Shown here in pieces: positions 14,538 through 28,146 of a DNA stretch of 64,000 bases. The translations under genes were made by a program, and so were the position numbers. The first letter of the stretch is position 1, and each line of letters opens with the position of its first letter. Below the pieces are notes generated by a model. The model had not been told where the DNA came from, did no database searches, and was given only the letters and a program-made list of their open reading frames with translations. Origin of the DNA: Trichoplax sp. H2 (Eukaryota); contig NOWV01000028.1 in NCBI GenBank assembly GCA_003344405.1, positions 1 to 64,000 on the forward strand, given 5' to 3'.

Positions 14538-17500
14538 CAAAGCTATTGTATAAATGGCAGTATATACTTAAACTATAGCAGTTTAAGGGTGCACAAAGTT
14601 AACGACAGTGTCTGTCCATCGAGAATGTATATTATATTTTTCGCTGGAAAAGTGTCACTATTACGTAGGCATTTAAACTTAAAGTTTTTCTAGTAAACTT
14701 AATTACACTGTCTGTATACTTGCACGTTTTTAATACTATTTAAAAGTAGATTAGATATAAAGTATTACCATAGCCAAAGTTCTATTATAACATAAAAAAC
14801 TGTATTATTTTATAGTCATCGTTTATTGTTATAAGAAATTGGAAGGAATAAGGAATGAAATCGTTTGCCACTCAGGGTGACAAAGAGAAATCTCTTTGAT
14901 TTCATGAGGTGGATATTTTAGCCAAAAGAGCTTCTTAATCTCATTAATAAAGTTTTTCGATAGGGGCTACTCTGGATAAATGTTATTGTGTCTCGCTGAA
15001 GTCAATTGTAACATGTTTGTTGTTCTGTCAACTAGAAAAATAATAAACTTAGCAGATATAAACAATAATTTCGGAAAAGCTTGTGCTGCACTTTAATTAG
15101 AGTGATACCGGTATATTAGAAGAAAGAATCCTTTACTGCGGATTCTATATTTACAGTGCAACAGGAAGTATACAATAACGCGATATTTCTTTAAAATGTC
15201 TTGATAAAGGACATTTTTAGGAATAGTTGGCTTAATATAAAAGAATTTTTAAATATTAAACTTAAATTTAAAGTAATGAGTGACACCTTAATTAAGTAAA
15301 CCAATTCAAGGTAAGAGTATAACCTAGTGTGGAATTTATGAATCGCATTACCTTTTAGTAAAGCATCAAATTAGCTCGATGTGAATATTATTAGTGCTCA
15401 TAGTCCTTGCTCATCTCTAAGTATATTCTATTCGAGTGTAAAACTATCAGCTCACTGACTAAAAATATTATACTTAGCCTGATAAATTAATCAATAAGTC
15501 TCATAGAATTTTAATCCTCGTGATGGCGTGGGAAAGAAATTTATCTGCTATTTGTAAACGCAAATACCGTTGTTATAATAACTTTTGCAGTTTGATATGA
15601 TGCTGATTTAACTTAGCATCGGTTAACGGTATGAGCGTCATTTAGAATATGTCGCAAATTGATATACTAAACTAGTTCGCAATAATTGACGGTATCTTAT
15701 GTCTTTACTATATCAACTGGAACTACACACATCCTGTATACAAAACCAAAAATTTCATAATGGATTGCATGAAAGACTGTATCATTAGGCTTTTACCTCG
15801 GAATGCTTGAATGACTGAATCACTTTCAAGTAAATTCACATTGAAAGTGGCCCTATAATTTGTTCCTATAGTAGCAGCTATCAACTAACATCATCAACAA
15901 TAATTGTTTCTAATAGCTTTATTTACAAGTATTGATACTTTACTGCTACACATTCAGCCTTTAGCATAACTTGCACATTGAAAATTCCAGTAGTAATTTC
16001 ATTGCGGAACAGGATAATATTTCGATCAGAAATGGCCTATATAAATAGTCTTTATAAAGCTGTGGATAATCACTGACCAAAGATATCTTATAAACTGTAT
16101 TATTTGTACTTCAATATTGAAACTATTGTAAATAGAACTCAAAGAAGCTGCCCTAAGTAACTTTTTCAGGGGATACTTATAATCTCTATTTTACCAGAAT
16201 CTATCAATAACACATGTTCATGCTCAATATTACCGTTCCTACATTCAAGATGAAGTATCTATTTCAAGGTCAATATCACATAGCACAATTATATTGGAAA
16301 CTTTCTAAGTAACCGCTTAAAGCAGCACTTAATATGCCGTATCACCATATCATCTTGTAAATTGCTAGTCATAGAATGATTTAATTTTATTGCTGGCAAA
16401 GTTTGGCCAAAGCGTGAAAGCAGGATTAGCATTCGATTTTTTACTGGTTGTAACTTCTGTGAAACGATAATCATATTTCTCTTACCTTTGTCGTTGTTAA
16501 TTTATTTATTTTATCTTAGAAATAAGTATAAAATAACGTTACAATTTTACATAACAATTAACAATTATTACTATGTTAAGCAAAGCAAGCAAAAAGCGGT
16601 TGCATACCGTAAACATGTGCACTGGCTATTTCCGCATCCATGAATAATTGTAATTATTTGCTTTTAAATCGATAAACAGACAGCACTGATGCAAATAAAA
16701 TGAATAGAAAATTTATAATCAGCTATACATGTAAACAAGTCTTTCACCGTATAATCGAGTTTATGGATATAATGATGTTATGAAGCAAGGGATAGCAGCC
16801 GCCTTCTATATAAGATTGCAACTTGTACAATTTCTGATATAGGCATGTATGCTCACATTAGAATCCAATTACATAGATTTCAGAATTTGAATTATACCGT
16901 ATTAACTCCAATATGCAGCACTAAAACGTTTTATACTATATAAATCCTTTCAGTAGTCTAAAAAAAATACTGTACATTTGCAATCACTCTTATAGCACTT
17001 CAGTAGCTTTATTGTACATGGTACCTTTTAAGATAGAAATTTTGTAATCAGTCAAAGTGATATTGTTGACGTATTTACAACTGCAATTTGCCTATCACTT
17101 TTCTGCGCTTTTTCTCATGCATAACTTCCTCCTTTAGATGGCCGATAATAGAGCGGATTGCTCCTGGCTTTTATGTAAAGGAGAAATATTTTATACCTAG
17201 ATGCTACGACTGTCAATTTTACAAAAATGTATAGAACTTAACTTGATATCATCCCTTGCGGGGCATAAAATTCTGCTCACTTTCAACAAGATGCAATATC
17301 CTATCGACTTAGGGTTTTATGCTTGTTTATTTTTTCTCAGTATTAGAAATTTAATGTTTACCTTACGATTGTAAACTATAAGATAATGGTAATCTTGAAA
17401 AGGACTGCACTCGTGTCTCTATAATTTTCTCGAAAAGGGATATCCAATCCAGTATCTTTCCACAACCGTCTCACTTTTCGTTGACTTGCTAGACACACAG

Positions 17501-17624
17501 ATCGTAATACCTCGTATACTTTCTTTGCATTAACGGTTCAAGGGAGGGTGGGACTGTAGGAGGGACTAGTTGATCCACAGATCGTAATACTTTGCATACT
17601 TGTTTACCGACAATGAGTAGAATG

Positions 17625-17941
17625 TTTCAGTATATGGTACTACCAGCATACAGTATACAGTACTGTATTAATACGAAATAGGATGGATATATACAGTCGA
17701 AGAGCCAGATGTCACTTATCATCTTACGATAGCTTTATAGCTTTAAAGTATTTGCATAACTTCATGCATATGCGAATGTAGATATATATTTGCATAAATT
17801 CCTATATAAGCAAGGCTATTAATCAATTAGTAGCACATTTCAGTGTGTGGTACTACCAGCATAGAGTCTACTTATGCGAAAACATCTAGCAGATATACAG
17901 TAAAATAGCCAGATGTTACTTATCATCCTACGATACCTTTA
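17625..17941 (+). repeat. Diverged ~105-110 bp direct repeat upstream of paralog C
   Basis: 17625-17737 and 17838-17941 share tttcagt.t.tggtactaccagcata...agccagatgt.acttatcatc.tacgata.cttta. Confidence 0.7.
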
Positions 17942-18424
17942 ATCCAACCATTTTCAGGTCTATTCCCGAGGCGGTTGATTAATTAGTTAATTAATTCATT
18001 GATTACCAACCGTAATTAGCGTTTTGTGCACGCAGATTGCAGAATCGCTTGCTGCATATGGGGGCGTAATACCACCTGATAGCGTATAATACTGTGTAGC
18101 ACAGTACGGTACCGTAAGTTGTACTCGTAACGATACGCAATCATCGTCATTTACGTCATCATCATATCACGAGTTGATGCTATAATTAATTAACTACAAC
18201 TACGTTCAACTTGGCATTTAGCATAATCAAAGATTGGAGTTATAACTAACTACCCATTTATTAACGAAAATTTTCCTCCAATATCAACTAACTTGATACA
18301 TAGCTGTTGCTGCTATTAGTGAAATTAAGCCAACGGACATAAATTGCAAGCAAGCAGTTCTTCAAGCCATCAGAGTTATTTATTTCTTTAACATCAACAT
18401 CGCCGGATTGAAGGATAGGAGAAA

Positions 18425-19879
18425 ATGCGATTAATACTTAGTCAATTCTATGCCTTCATCGCTATTTTAACCATTTTACGTAATATTAAGGTATAGTAAG
18501 GGTTAGCTAAATCACATTGATGGCCTTTTATTAATCAATTACTAGCTTACTGTGCAAGATTAAGTGATGACAACTTTAGATCAAGAATAGCATCATCTCA
18601 TGTTGGAAGATGATGATAATACTGTAGCATGAAAATCTGGCACGATTTTAAAGTTCGTTATTCTAATCGTTTTATATCTAGGTCACTGCTTCATCTTCCT
18701 TTGAAAAATCAACATCTGGTTTAGTTTCCATTAATGCATATCCTTTTGGATCGATCGCGTCTTGCAAGCAGATTCCTCAAGCAGCTGTTAATTACTGTGG
18801 GCTTAATTATAAAACGGCGGCGAGTTCTGCCAATCTCGCTCCAGAATTAACCTTAGTTATATACCATATTCTGATGGTTATTACTAATCTTCCTAATATT
18901 CAAGCGTCGGATCAATGTGTTCAAAATGTTAAACATTTGTACTGTGGTTTAGTATTTCCGCGCTGCGATGCCAGTAAAAGTCAAATTACGTTTAATACAA
19001 CCAACTGTTATGAGGCTACTGGAGCATGTTCATCGGTAGTTAACAGTGTTATTCGACGAATTAAACTATGTCAGTTTGCTCCACATGGCAATTTTGAATT
19101 GGACACCTGCGTGAAACCTCCTACTATCAGCTATCTTCACTGCCCTAGTAATCCAAATCTTGTTACTGTACCTAAATATCTAATACTGAATCGAATTTTA
19201 GTCGATGTAGCCACAACATATGATGTCGATCTCCTCAGGGATAAAGGAGCTACAGAGCAATGTATTCAAAATTATGTTAATTTATTATGTCAATCGATAC
19301 CATTCTGCTCCCCAGATAAGAAATCATTAATGACAACAGTGACCAAAGAAATGTGCTATAATGCTGTAAACTGGTAAGTCTTTCATAGATTACTTTTTGA
19401 TTCCACTGGTAAAGTTCCTGCTTATTCCTTTTCATCCGTATTGATTTTAATTCACTACGTATATACTTAGTTTTAAAGCTTGACAATTTTATTTTAAAAT
19501 ATCTCAATCAATTGCTAAGAAATTAACGATAGTTCTTAATAGTGACAAAATGTTGATAAGTATTTCACTTAGCTGACTTATTATATTTAGTTTATACACT
19601 TACACTATTTCAGCTTATCATTCTTAAAATAAAGTACTTTTATCTATATTAATTTTCACTGAAGAATTTCAATTTTTTATTAGCCTTCCAAAAAGTCTAC
19701 AAACAGACCTCAAGAGCTTTTTCAAATGTAATCAATACCCGAATGCTTCCAGTCATCATATCCACATTTCTCACGATTATACATTCGTAGGAAGAGCTCA
19801 ATTTCTACATTTGAATATAAATGCCTTGTTACTCCTTGCAATAACTTTACTGTGTTTCCATACCATTCTTCTGGAGTGA
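18425..19879 (+). CDS. Secreted/GPI-anchored double Frizzled-like CRD protein, paralog C
   Basis: Exons 18425-18490 (MRLILSQFYAFIAILTILRNIK), 18682-19373 (LYCGLVFPRC, LLCQSIPFCS) and 19684-19879 (LPKSLQ...FKCNQYP...ALLLLAITLLCFHTILLE*). The first and last exons are not in the ORF track. Confidence 0.85.
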
Positions 19880-22216
19880 TTAAGTTTATTGGAATGCTTA
19901 ATATTATACAGAATAGTCTACTATAGCTAGCTTAGAAATAGAACATTTGAAAGTCAAAATAACTATTAATTTATTCACGATTTTTTCCGATGAAACATTC
20001 GGCAACATTTAGGTTAAATAAATACGAAATCGGTTGCAACTTGATTGCCGAAGGCATCGACAATTTAAACAACTTTTAACTATCCAGATTAATTAACTTT
20101 TCGGATTGTAGTCTTTTACAGGATAATAGACTTTGAATTCATTCAAAACTGAGAACCAGTATGGTAATGTACAGCAACTTTTATCGAAAATACCGTAAAT
20201 TGAATTTTAAGGTAGTACTTTTTGAGTCTTTAAGTTGATAATTCTTCGTCATGTATAATTATAAGCTGTATCACTGTGGGCTTAACAATTTAATTACTGT
20301 TACAACTATAACAATATTGCCAATTAGGTTACGACACAAAAGTGTTAATATGCTTAAACTTGTAAATTTTGTGATTTAGTAGCTTAATTTCACGTTTGTA
20401 CATAGTTTATTTTGGTAGCTGTAATATGAGCATATAATATTTCTAATATCTAAAACTACCATCAGTTTTTTAAATTGTCAGATGTAACATCGAGTAATTT
20501 TGTACAAAGCTTGTTTCCATTTAACAATTAACTGTTTTTTATAAAGAGTCATCGTTTTCTATACAAAGCTAATAATTTGTAAAGATGCATCCTGTAATTG
20601 TACTTCCAACGAAAGATCATCAAGGTGAATGTCGTCATGACTATAAATTCAAACCTTACTGAAATAAATTTATTAGATATATAAATTGTTAAAATTTAAG
20701 TTCGCTTCTTATTTATTCTGAGACTGCAAACAAATTTATAATTACACCATTTAGAGCTGATATCTAAAATACCGTTATATCATTGTAAATGCATAAGCAC
20801 ACTGGAAACTACAAATTTTAGACAAATTAACTACATTCCGTTTACTAATTTTCTAATATCAAGAGTCAACTATTAAAAATGATACCGGTAAAGTTTCTAG
20901 CGAAAAACATTTTATCTTATTCAAGCAGGTATTATTAAGTCCATATTAACCAAAAAAACTAATTGCTATATAAGCTACATCTATATATGTATTTAATACC
21001 AACTTTATACGTAAAGCCGGCTTCATTTCATTACTTTACGGCGACGGGAGTTTGTACTAATATATAATTAAACGTGTGCAGGCTAAGGCTAATCATCAGA
21101 ACTATAATTTGCTTTAACTCCAAAAGAGAAGGTACTTCAATGGCAATTATACTTACTACAAGTTACTAGAAATACTTAACTAATCACAATATGTGCTGAA
21201 CACCGAGACTAAATAAATGTAAATATTCAAAACTTATACGGTAACACATAATTTAAAATGATTTTAAGGTCATAGTATCGCAGCAGAATATGAATGTTAA
21301 ATATTGCCCGTATTATTTACTCTCAATCTCGTACCGACTAAAATTCTAAAAAAAACAGTAAAAATTACTGAAAATTTAAATTATGTCTTTATTGATGTAC
21401 TGTATCTCTCCAGTTTGTCAATACGTAAATATAATATTACAGCGAATGAAATCTTAAACATTCAGATACAATTCGGTTATTGCTACAGTCATAAATAATT
21501 TATTCAATTACAGGCTTCAGGACATGATTAACTCGTGATTTCAGACTGCTCTTTGTAAAGAAATTTTTTTTCTATGAAATAGCAGCTATAGAGCACTTGT
21601 ACGGTATGATACATGCCAGTCACGATGTTTAAAAATATACATAACCTATGACCTACAGTATATCTATTTTAGATAGCAATAGTAGCCAACTAAGCATGAA
21701 ATTAGCTTTCATGAAGCAAATCTAGTCAAATGAATAAGATAATAAATATTGTTACTTGTAGTAAAGGAACTACTTCAAAATATGATGATATCATTATATT
21801 GCAGATGTCAATCATGTAGAGCTGATTTATTTTGCATTATAAAAACATCCATACTAGATTGCAAAGCACACATAATCTATTACCAATCTTAACATTTGAC
21901 ATGTTACAGTTGAAATCATTACATGCTAACAAACCTTAGCAAAGTTCTGTTAATACTATATAATCAATGATGATTTATACGACGCCATCGCATAGATGAA
22001 TAATGTCCCAGTAACACCATTAAGGCATTTATGTTAGTGTAATAATCGGGTAGCTGCCAAAATTAAATTAACTTTTAGTACATTGTCGTTTTCTCGCATA
22101 ATAAGTAGGCTACCTCATTATCATTTTAATATAATGACAGAAGAAAAGAACGTTACCCGCAATTGTACATCCGCCTACTTATCTAAGTAAAAATTACTTT
22201 CAATAACAAATAGTTC

Positions 22217-22278
22217 ATGAATAAGGGTGCCGTAGTGCACAATGAAAAATGAATAAGGGTGCCATAGTGCATAATGAG
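22217..22278 (+). repeat. 32-bp tandem duplication upstream of paralog D
   Basis: atgaataagggtgccgtagtgcacaatgaaaa / atgaataagggtgccatagtgcataatgag. Confidence 0.75.
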
Positions 22279-22427
22279 ATAACATATAAGCCTTCAGAGA
22301 AAAAATATATCTTTCAAATATTTCAGTTGGGGTACAACTTCAATTACGGAGATTAACATTATACTTTAAAAACCACAGAGTCCGAGTTCGATTTCTCTAA
22401 TTATAACCATTGTTAGAAAAGATTAAA

Positions 22428-25245
22428 ATGAAGTTTCAACTGCTTTGGATCACGATAATAATGGCTTTCTCGTCCTTAATCCAGGTATCGAAGACAAACT
22501 ATTCCTTATACTGCTTTGAAAGGTTATACTTATATGTTTAGAAAGATTTCAAGGAGAGTTTTTTCGCTGTTTATATGATAGTACATTGGACTATTTAAAT
22601 GATAGAATACGGTAGGTTTTGTATCAGTCTCGAAAGCAATCTAATTTTATAGTTTTGGCTTTCAATTTGTAGTAATTCGTCTAACGATTTTTCACATTTT
22701 CAGTAATAAATCCAAATGTCGAGGGTTAATGGTGAATTGTAATTTATTGCTACCATCTATGGGTCAAAAAGTCTTTGATCTCATATTGACCTGTAGACTT
22801 TCAAATTTAATTTTTATGGTCTATGATAGTCCTGACACAAATTTGTTATACAAGCAAGTATTTTATTTAAAATTGAAGTCAAGTGTAGAACAAAATGCAC
22901 GCTTGTTAGTTCATTTTAAGTACAAATTCAATAGAGATTACTAAAATCTTGTAACAAGATGTTGCTTGAACACACATAGTACTCATATATTTATAGTATC
23001 AAATCACTTTATACTATTGCAGTTTCTATCTTTCTATTTATTACTTGTCGTTACAAAACAGCTTTACAACAAGATAACTTAATGAACGATCAATCAGTCG
23101 ATTCCCTGAACGACGTATCAGGGAGCAGTATCTACTCTATTAGAAACTATGTTCCTATACTAGTAGACTACAAAAAGACTTAGACGCCTCGTATCTTACG
23201 TTAAACACTAATCATAAGAAGTAACTATATTATACGATTTATCGCATTTATATACTCTTTTACAATAGCAAAGACATCCTAGTTAGTAATATTAATGTTG
23301 AAACCTGATAATGAATCAAAAGCTAATTGTATCTACTGCTACCTAATGAAGACAATAGCATTTACGAACATAGACATCGAATGGCTGATACAAAATTGTC
23401 AGATTATAATATGTCCTATCACGGAACATTTCTACGATAATCTACTATCTACCATAAGTAAATTACAATCACAGTGATTTGAATTGTAAGAAGATTATTC
23501 TCGATTCCCTAATTAAATTACTAATTTCAGTAGGCTGTATATATCATCATAAAAGCTGGTACTATATTTAAATATCACATATCTAAATTAGAAACTCTTC
23601 ATATAAGGGTAAATTAACAAAATTATCCTAACATAGATGTTTGTATTATAATCTCGATATTACAGAGTATAGCACTGTAACACTTGCATGTTTCATAATG
23701 TTTATAAATGTTACTGATGAAATTGAACACCGAGCAATCGCTAGCTAAATACTATCCAAACTAAGATTGGCTAAAAACATGAGCGTCTACTAATTTCTTA
23801 CGTTTTCTTTGTCGTAAAACATCAACTGGGTGGGTCATCGACCCTATTCTTGCAATAATTTGCATGTAACTATAATTTTCGAGTTATTCATATGTGTTTC
23901 GGCATTACACAAGGTTAATTTTATGTATGTGTTAAGGTCAATCCTTAACATATGCATTCATAGAATAGTTGTGATCGTAATGACTTTAATCTTCATCTGT
24001 TATTCTAGCTGACTGATTTTGTGTCATCTTTAATAAACTGATATTTTTTGTTGATTAATTTAGGATATTAATACTTTATCACCGACTAAGAGGGAAAAAA
24101 GATCAACTGTTAAAGCTTACTCATATAATTCATTGACCTCCTGCGCCAATATTGGTAATATTGCTACATATTGTGGTGTGAATTATCCAGTCCCTAATGT
24201 TATTAAAACCGACGCCACTCGACTTGTAGTCGCAGCCAAGGCTTTAGTGAATTACATTAAAAATGGACCACAATTCAATGCTCCTGCTGCTTGTGTCAAT
24301 GATATCAAAAACACATATTGCAGTATCCTTTTCCCACGTTGCGATTCTAAACGCAATGAAGTTAGCTTCAATACTAGCAATTGCATCAACTCTTATAATA
24401 ATTGTCCCGACAGTGTGAAAAAAATCCTTCCGTCTTACATAAACTGCGACGTAATACCAAAAGGAGCATTCTACCTGAATGATTGCATTAAACCTCCTTC
24501 GTTCAATCTAAAAAACTGCCCTAACCCTCCAAGCAATGTTTTAATACCGAGATATTTAACTATGGATCCCCTCCTAGTAGATACCTCTATACCAAATTTA
24601 CGATCATTTATGCAGACTCAAGGCAACAATAAGCTATGTATCCAAAGTTTTGTTGATTTCCTTTGCGCTGATATTCCATTCTGTTCGCAAGATAAAACTA
24701 TGTTGTTAACCACAGCTACCACCGGAAAATGTCAATCCTCATTTTCATGGTAAGTAGAGTTGTAATAGCTTAATTATCAATTTGTAGTTAAGGTCCAATT
24801 TACTGAATTATCAATGCTTTGCCCGTATCAAAACGCTATCATAAATAGTTATAGTAAAAGGATAAACAATAAAGTTAATCTTTTATTTTACCGTGTGTTT
24901 TGTACCTTTAGAGCAAGAGCATATCCTTTAATTGCTAATGCAAAATATGTATAGTAAAATATGTATAGATATAGTCCACCATGTACAAGTAATTATAAGA
25001 ATGTTGGGCACGGTACTAATTTGATATTATATCTCTATCTTAGTTTACAGCCAATCACACAAGCTGCTATGAAATATAATTTGCAATGCAGCATCTTTCC
25101 AGATGCGAATGTCAGCAAGGCTTATAATGTGCCATCAGGCACAGCTTATACCAGCAAATCATACAATAATAGTCCAAGTCAAATCATTATAGCTACATTA
25201 ATTACTACTTTTATGATTTTTGTCAATGTAGTAATCCTATCGTGA
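22428..25245 (+). CDS. Secreted/GPI-anchored double Frizzled-like CRD protein, paralog D
   Basis: Exons 22428-22484 (MKFQLLWITIIMAFSSLIQ), 24064-24749 (KREKR site; TYCSILFPRC, FLCADIPFCS) and 25044-25245 (hydrophobic tail). An extra small exon inside intron 1 cannot be excluded. Confidence 0.8.
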
Positions 25246-28146
25246 TGGGTGAGTGACCTAAATTTCTATCTTTACGTTTTCCATCGCGAATACTATTCTA
25301 TTTCTGAAATTTTCGGATGATACATAACAATTATTATAGGTAAATCTTAAAATTTGCTATCTTTAAGAAAGTATGGCAGCTACTCATATTGCGAGTACTG
25401 TAATATTTGTTAGTTTGGTACTATAGTTTTGCTTTAGGTTATTAATTTCTAATACTTAAGGTAGCAGATGTAGCTATCTAAGGAAGTTTACATGTTCTAT
25501 TCACAAAACTGTAACCTTTAGCTATAGTAATATAAAAACGACCTGAATCTAACATATATTTCACATAAGTTATATACTAAATCAGCGTAGCTATTAGCAA
25601 TACTTCATCAACCGATACCCATAGATTATTTTCTATGTCAATTGCGAATTAAAAAAAACTCTTCTATTTCTTTAATTTTAAGTATGGTGATAATTTTGTA
25701 CAGCATTTTTTAACACTTATTACTTTAACATTATCTAAACAGAAAATTTATAATTTACTATGACTTGACCATTGACTTAAATTATCATTTGATACCATTA
25801 CCAGATCATAAAAATATGCCTGTGACCTTTTAGTATTGGAGCTTGTATTTACTATTATTACAGATGATGAAATCAACATTTTAACTTCAGTTCTCATTTC
25901 TATTACATAAAATCCACTAATTTGTAATGTCAATATTACGGCCTGCAACTCTCCATTAATGCACGTAAATGTGGAAACTTTCCAATATGACTATTCAGTT
26001 TTATGTCAGTTAGTTGATTCTATTTCTAGCCCCAAAGCTCTCCGATCAACAGTTCTACATAAATGTGTGTCCTAAAAATGCAATCCTTTAGATTATTTCT
26101 GCATGAAATCTTGCTCCTTAAAATAACATCAACACTTGTTAGGCATCTACTCAAATGTTCCTATAAGCTAGCATTGGGCTATCGTATTTCTTTTACATCA
26201 TTTCGAATTAACTTGATGCTTACATTGCGATGCTTTCCAATCAACAATTCTATTTTAAAATATGAGCTGGAAATCTTTAGTTCGGATTATGTTACATGGC
26301 TAAACTTGTTGGTCTATTTACAACATTAACAATAACTAATCAAAAGCTCTTACAGAATGTTATTGCCTTGGCTGAAAACATAACTTTGCGATGACTAATT
26401 TCATTCTATAAGATGTGTATGCTTCAACTGTTTCATTACAGATGCTACCAGAATATTCCTTATTCAATATTTCATTTGAAATATTGCAAACTAACTAAGC
26501 ATTATGAAAATAGATACGTATACTAGTCTATCTACGTATATCGAAAGTCGAAAGAAAAATAACGCGTAAATCGATTAAGTTTACATAATTACTAAATTAT
26601 AATTGTTAGTAAGTTGAAACTGGAATTAAATTACAAGCATGAAGTGTCGAAATCTAACAGTTCCATATATCTACTCTCAAAAGTGATGAATTTTCTTAAT
26701 AGCCTGCAAAGCAAATTTCACTACCATTATCACGTTATTCAATAGCACAAAATCTAATGTGCTTTAATTAATACTAAATATCGAAAATTATATTGTGATA
26801 AAACCGATCACAAAATAACAAAATTTATAGAAAATCAGAACTTTACTAGATCTTTGTACAAGGATAAATCTACGTACAACTCTACTCTAACCGAATAAAA
26901 CTACTAAAAAAGACTTCTAGATAGTACTGCTGCATAATCTAAAGTTGCCTGCTTAAATTTTTTTCGTAGCATTTGCAGCTACAATCCACATAGCAGTATC
27001 AATTATGTGCCGTAGTATCACAGTATTCCCTTACACAAAACTACTGTAATTAGCTGAAATCATTATATACCTTTTTTTACAATTATTCAGATTATTATTG
27101 GCAACAACATTTTACAACAGATCATCTAAAATTTAATAAGATAACTTCCACAGCATTGACGCCAACATTATTTCTACAGTCCAAAATACGATGAACTACC
27201 CATGACCTAATACATGAGTTACATAGCCATTTTTAACGATAGCTTTCAGTTTAGTATCAATAGTAACTCAACACCCTATCGTACATAGTCATCTGTATTC
27301 TAATGCAGAATCTTCCATTATAATTTATGGTTAAGAATTACTAAATAAGGCTTGTGATAAATACAGAAAGCTACTATACCATATATTATACTAAACATTG
27401 CCGATAGTCTACAATACAATACTATGTTACGTTCCTCATGTAGAGTAGTGCTGTAGAATATCCCGTAATGCTTCGTGTGAGCTATATTTCATTATATGCA
27501 TCGTAAACTTTTAATGCTACTTATGTGTAACATTACATATTGTGCATGCATACTGCTGATTTCTATAATTCTGAGGTTAAAGGTAATCATTATTTTGGCC
27601 ATTAAATAATGCGAAAAATTCTATTACCTAGCAAAAGTTTTTGCCAGCAATCTAACAGGTTGTCACGAAACAAGTCTTCGAATATCATAAGCTAAAATTC
27701 AGCTGATAGTCATAAGACCTCAGAAGGCAATTCTATTAAGATTAACGTACTGTTAAAGGTCGTAGTAGTTTATGCCTAAAACTTAGTAATAATTTGCCGC
27801 TATGTAATCACAAGACAGTTTTAATAGAACCTTTTATTCTCCCACTGCAAAGGATAATGTATAGTAGGCGGGACAACCAATAATATTTGAATAATATCAG
27901 ATTACTTTAAGTTGGCATTCAGAGATAATTATTCTTAATGCTACGTTTGTTTTATTTAATTAATCATCCTCGTTTGCAATATAATTGGTGTAAAATTGGT
28001 TATCACGTCTACATCATGTGATCTATTTCCCTAATGAAGCTGAGCTAAAGAACGTTATAAATACTTGCGCTTTACTGATGACTTGCAGCAATTTTCTCTT
28101 ACCAGTTTAAGCCTATTTTCATCAATTACCTCCACAACTAATCATT

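Noticed and set aside
25748..26430. Coding-like composition between paralogs D and E (possible decayed element)
   Set aside because: The frames I read contain multiple stops and no recognisable motif; needs BLASTx.
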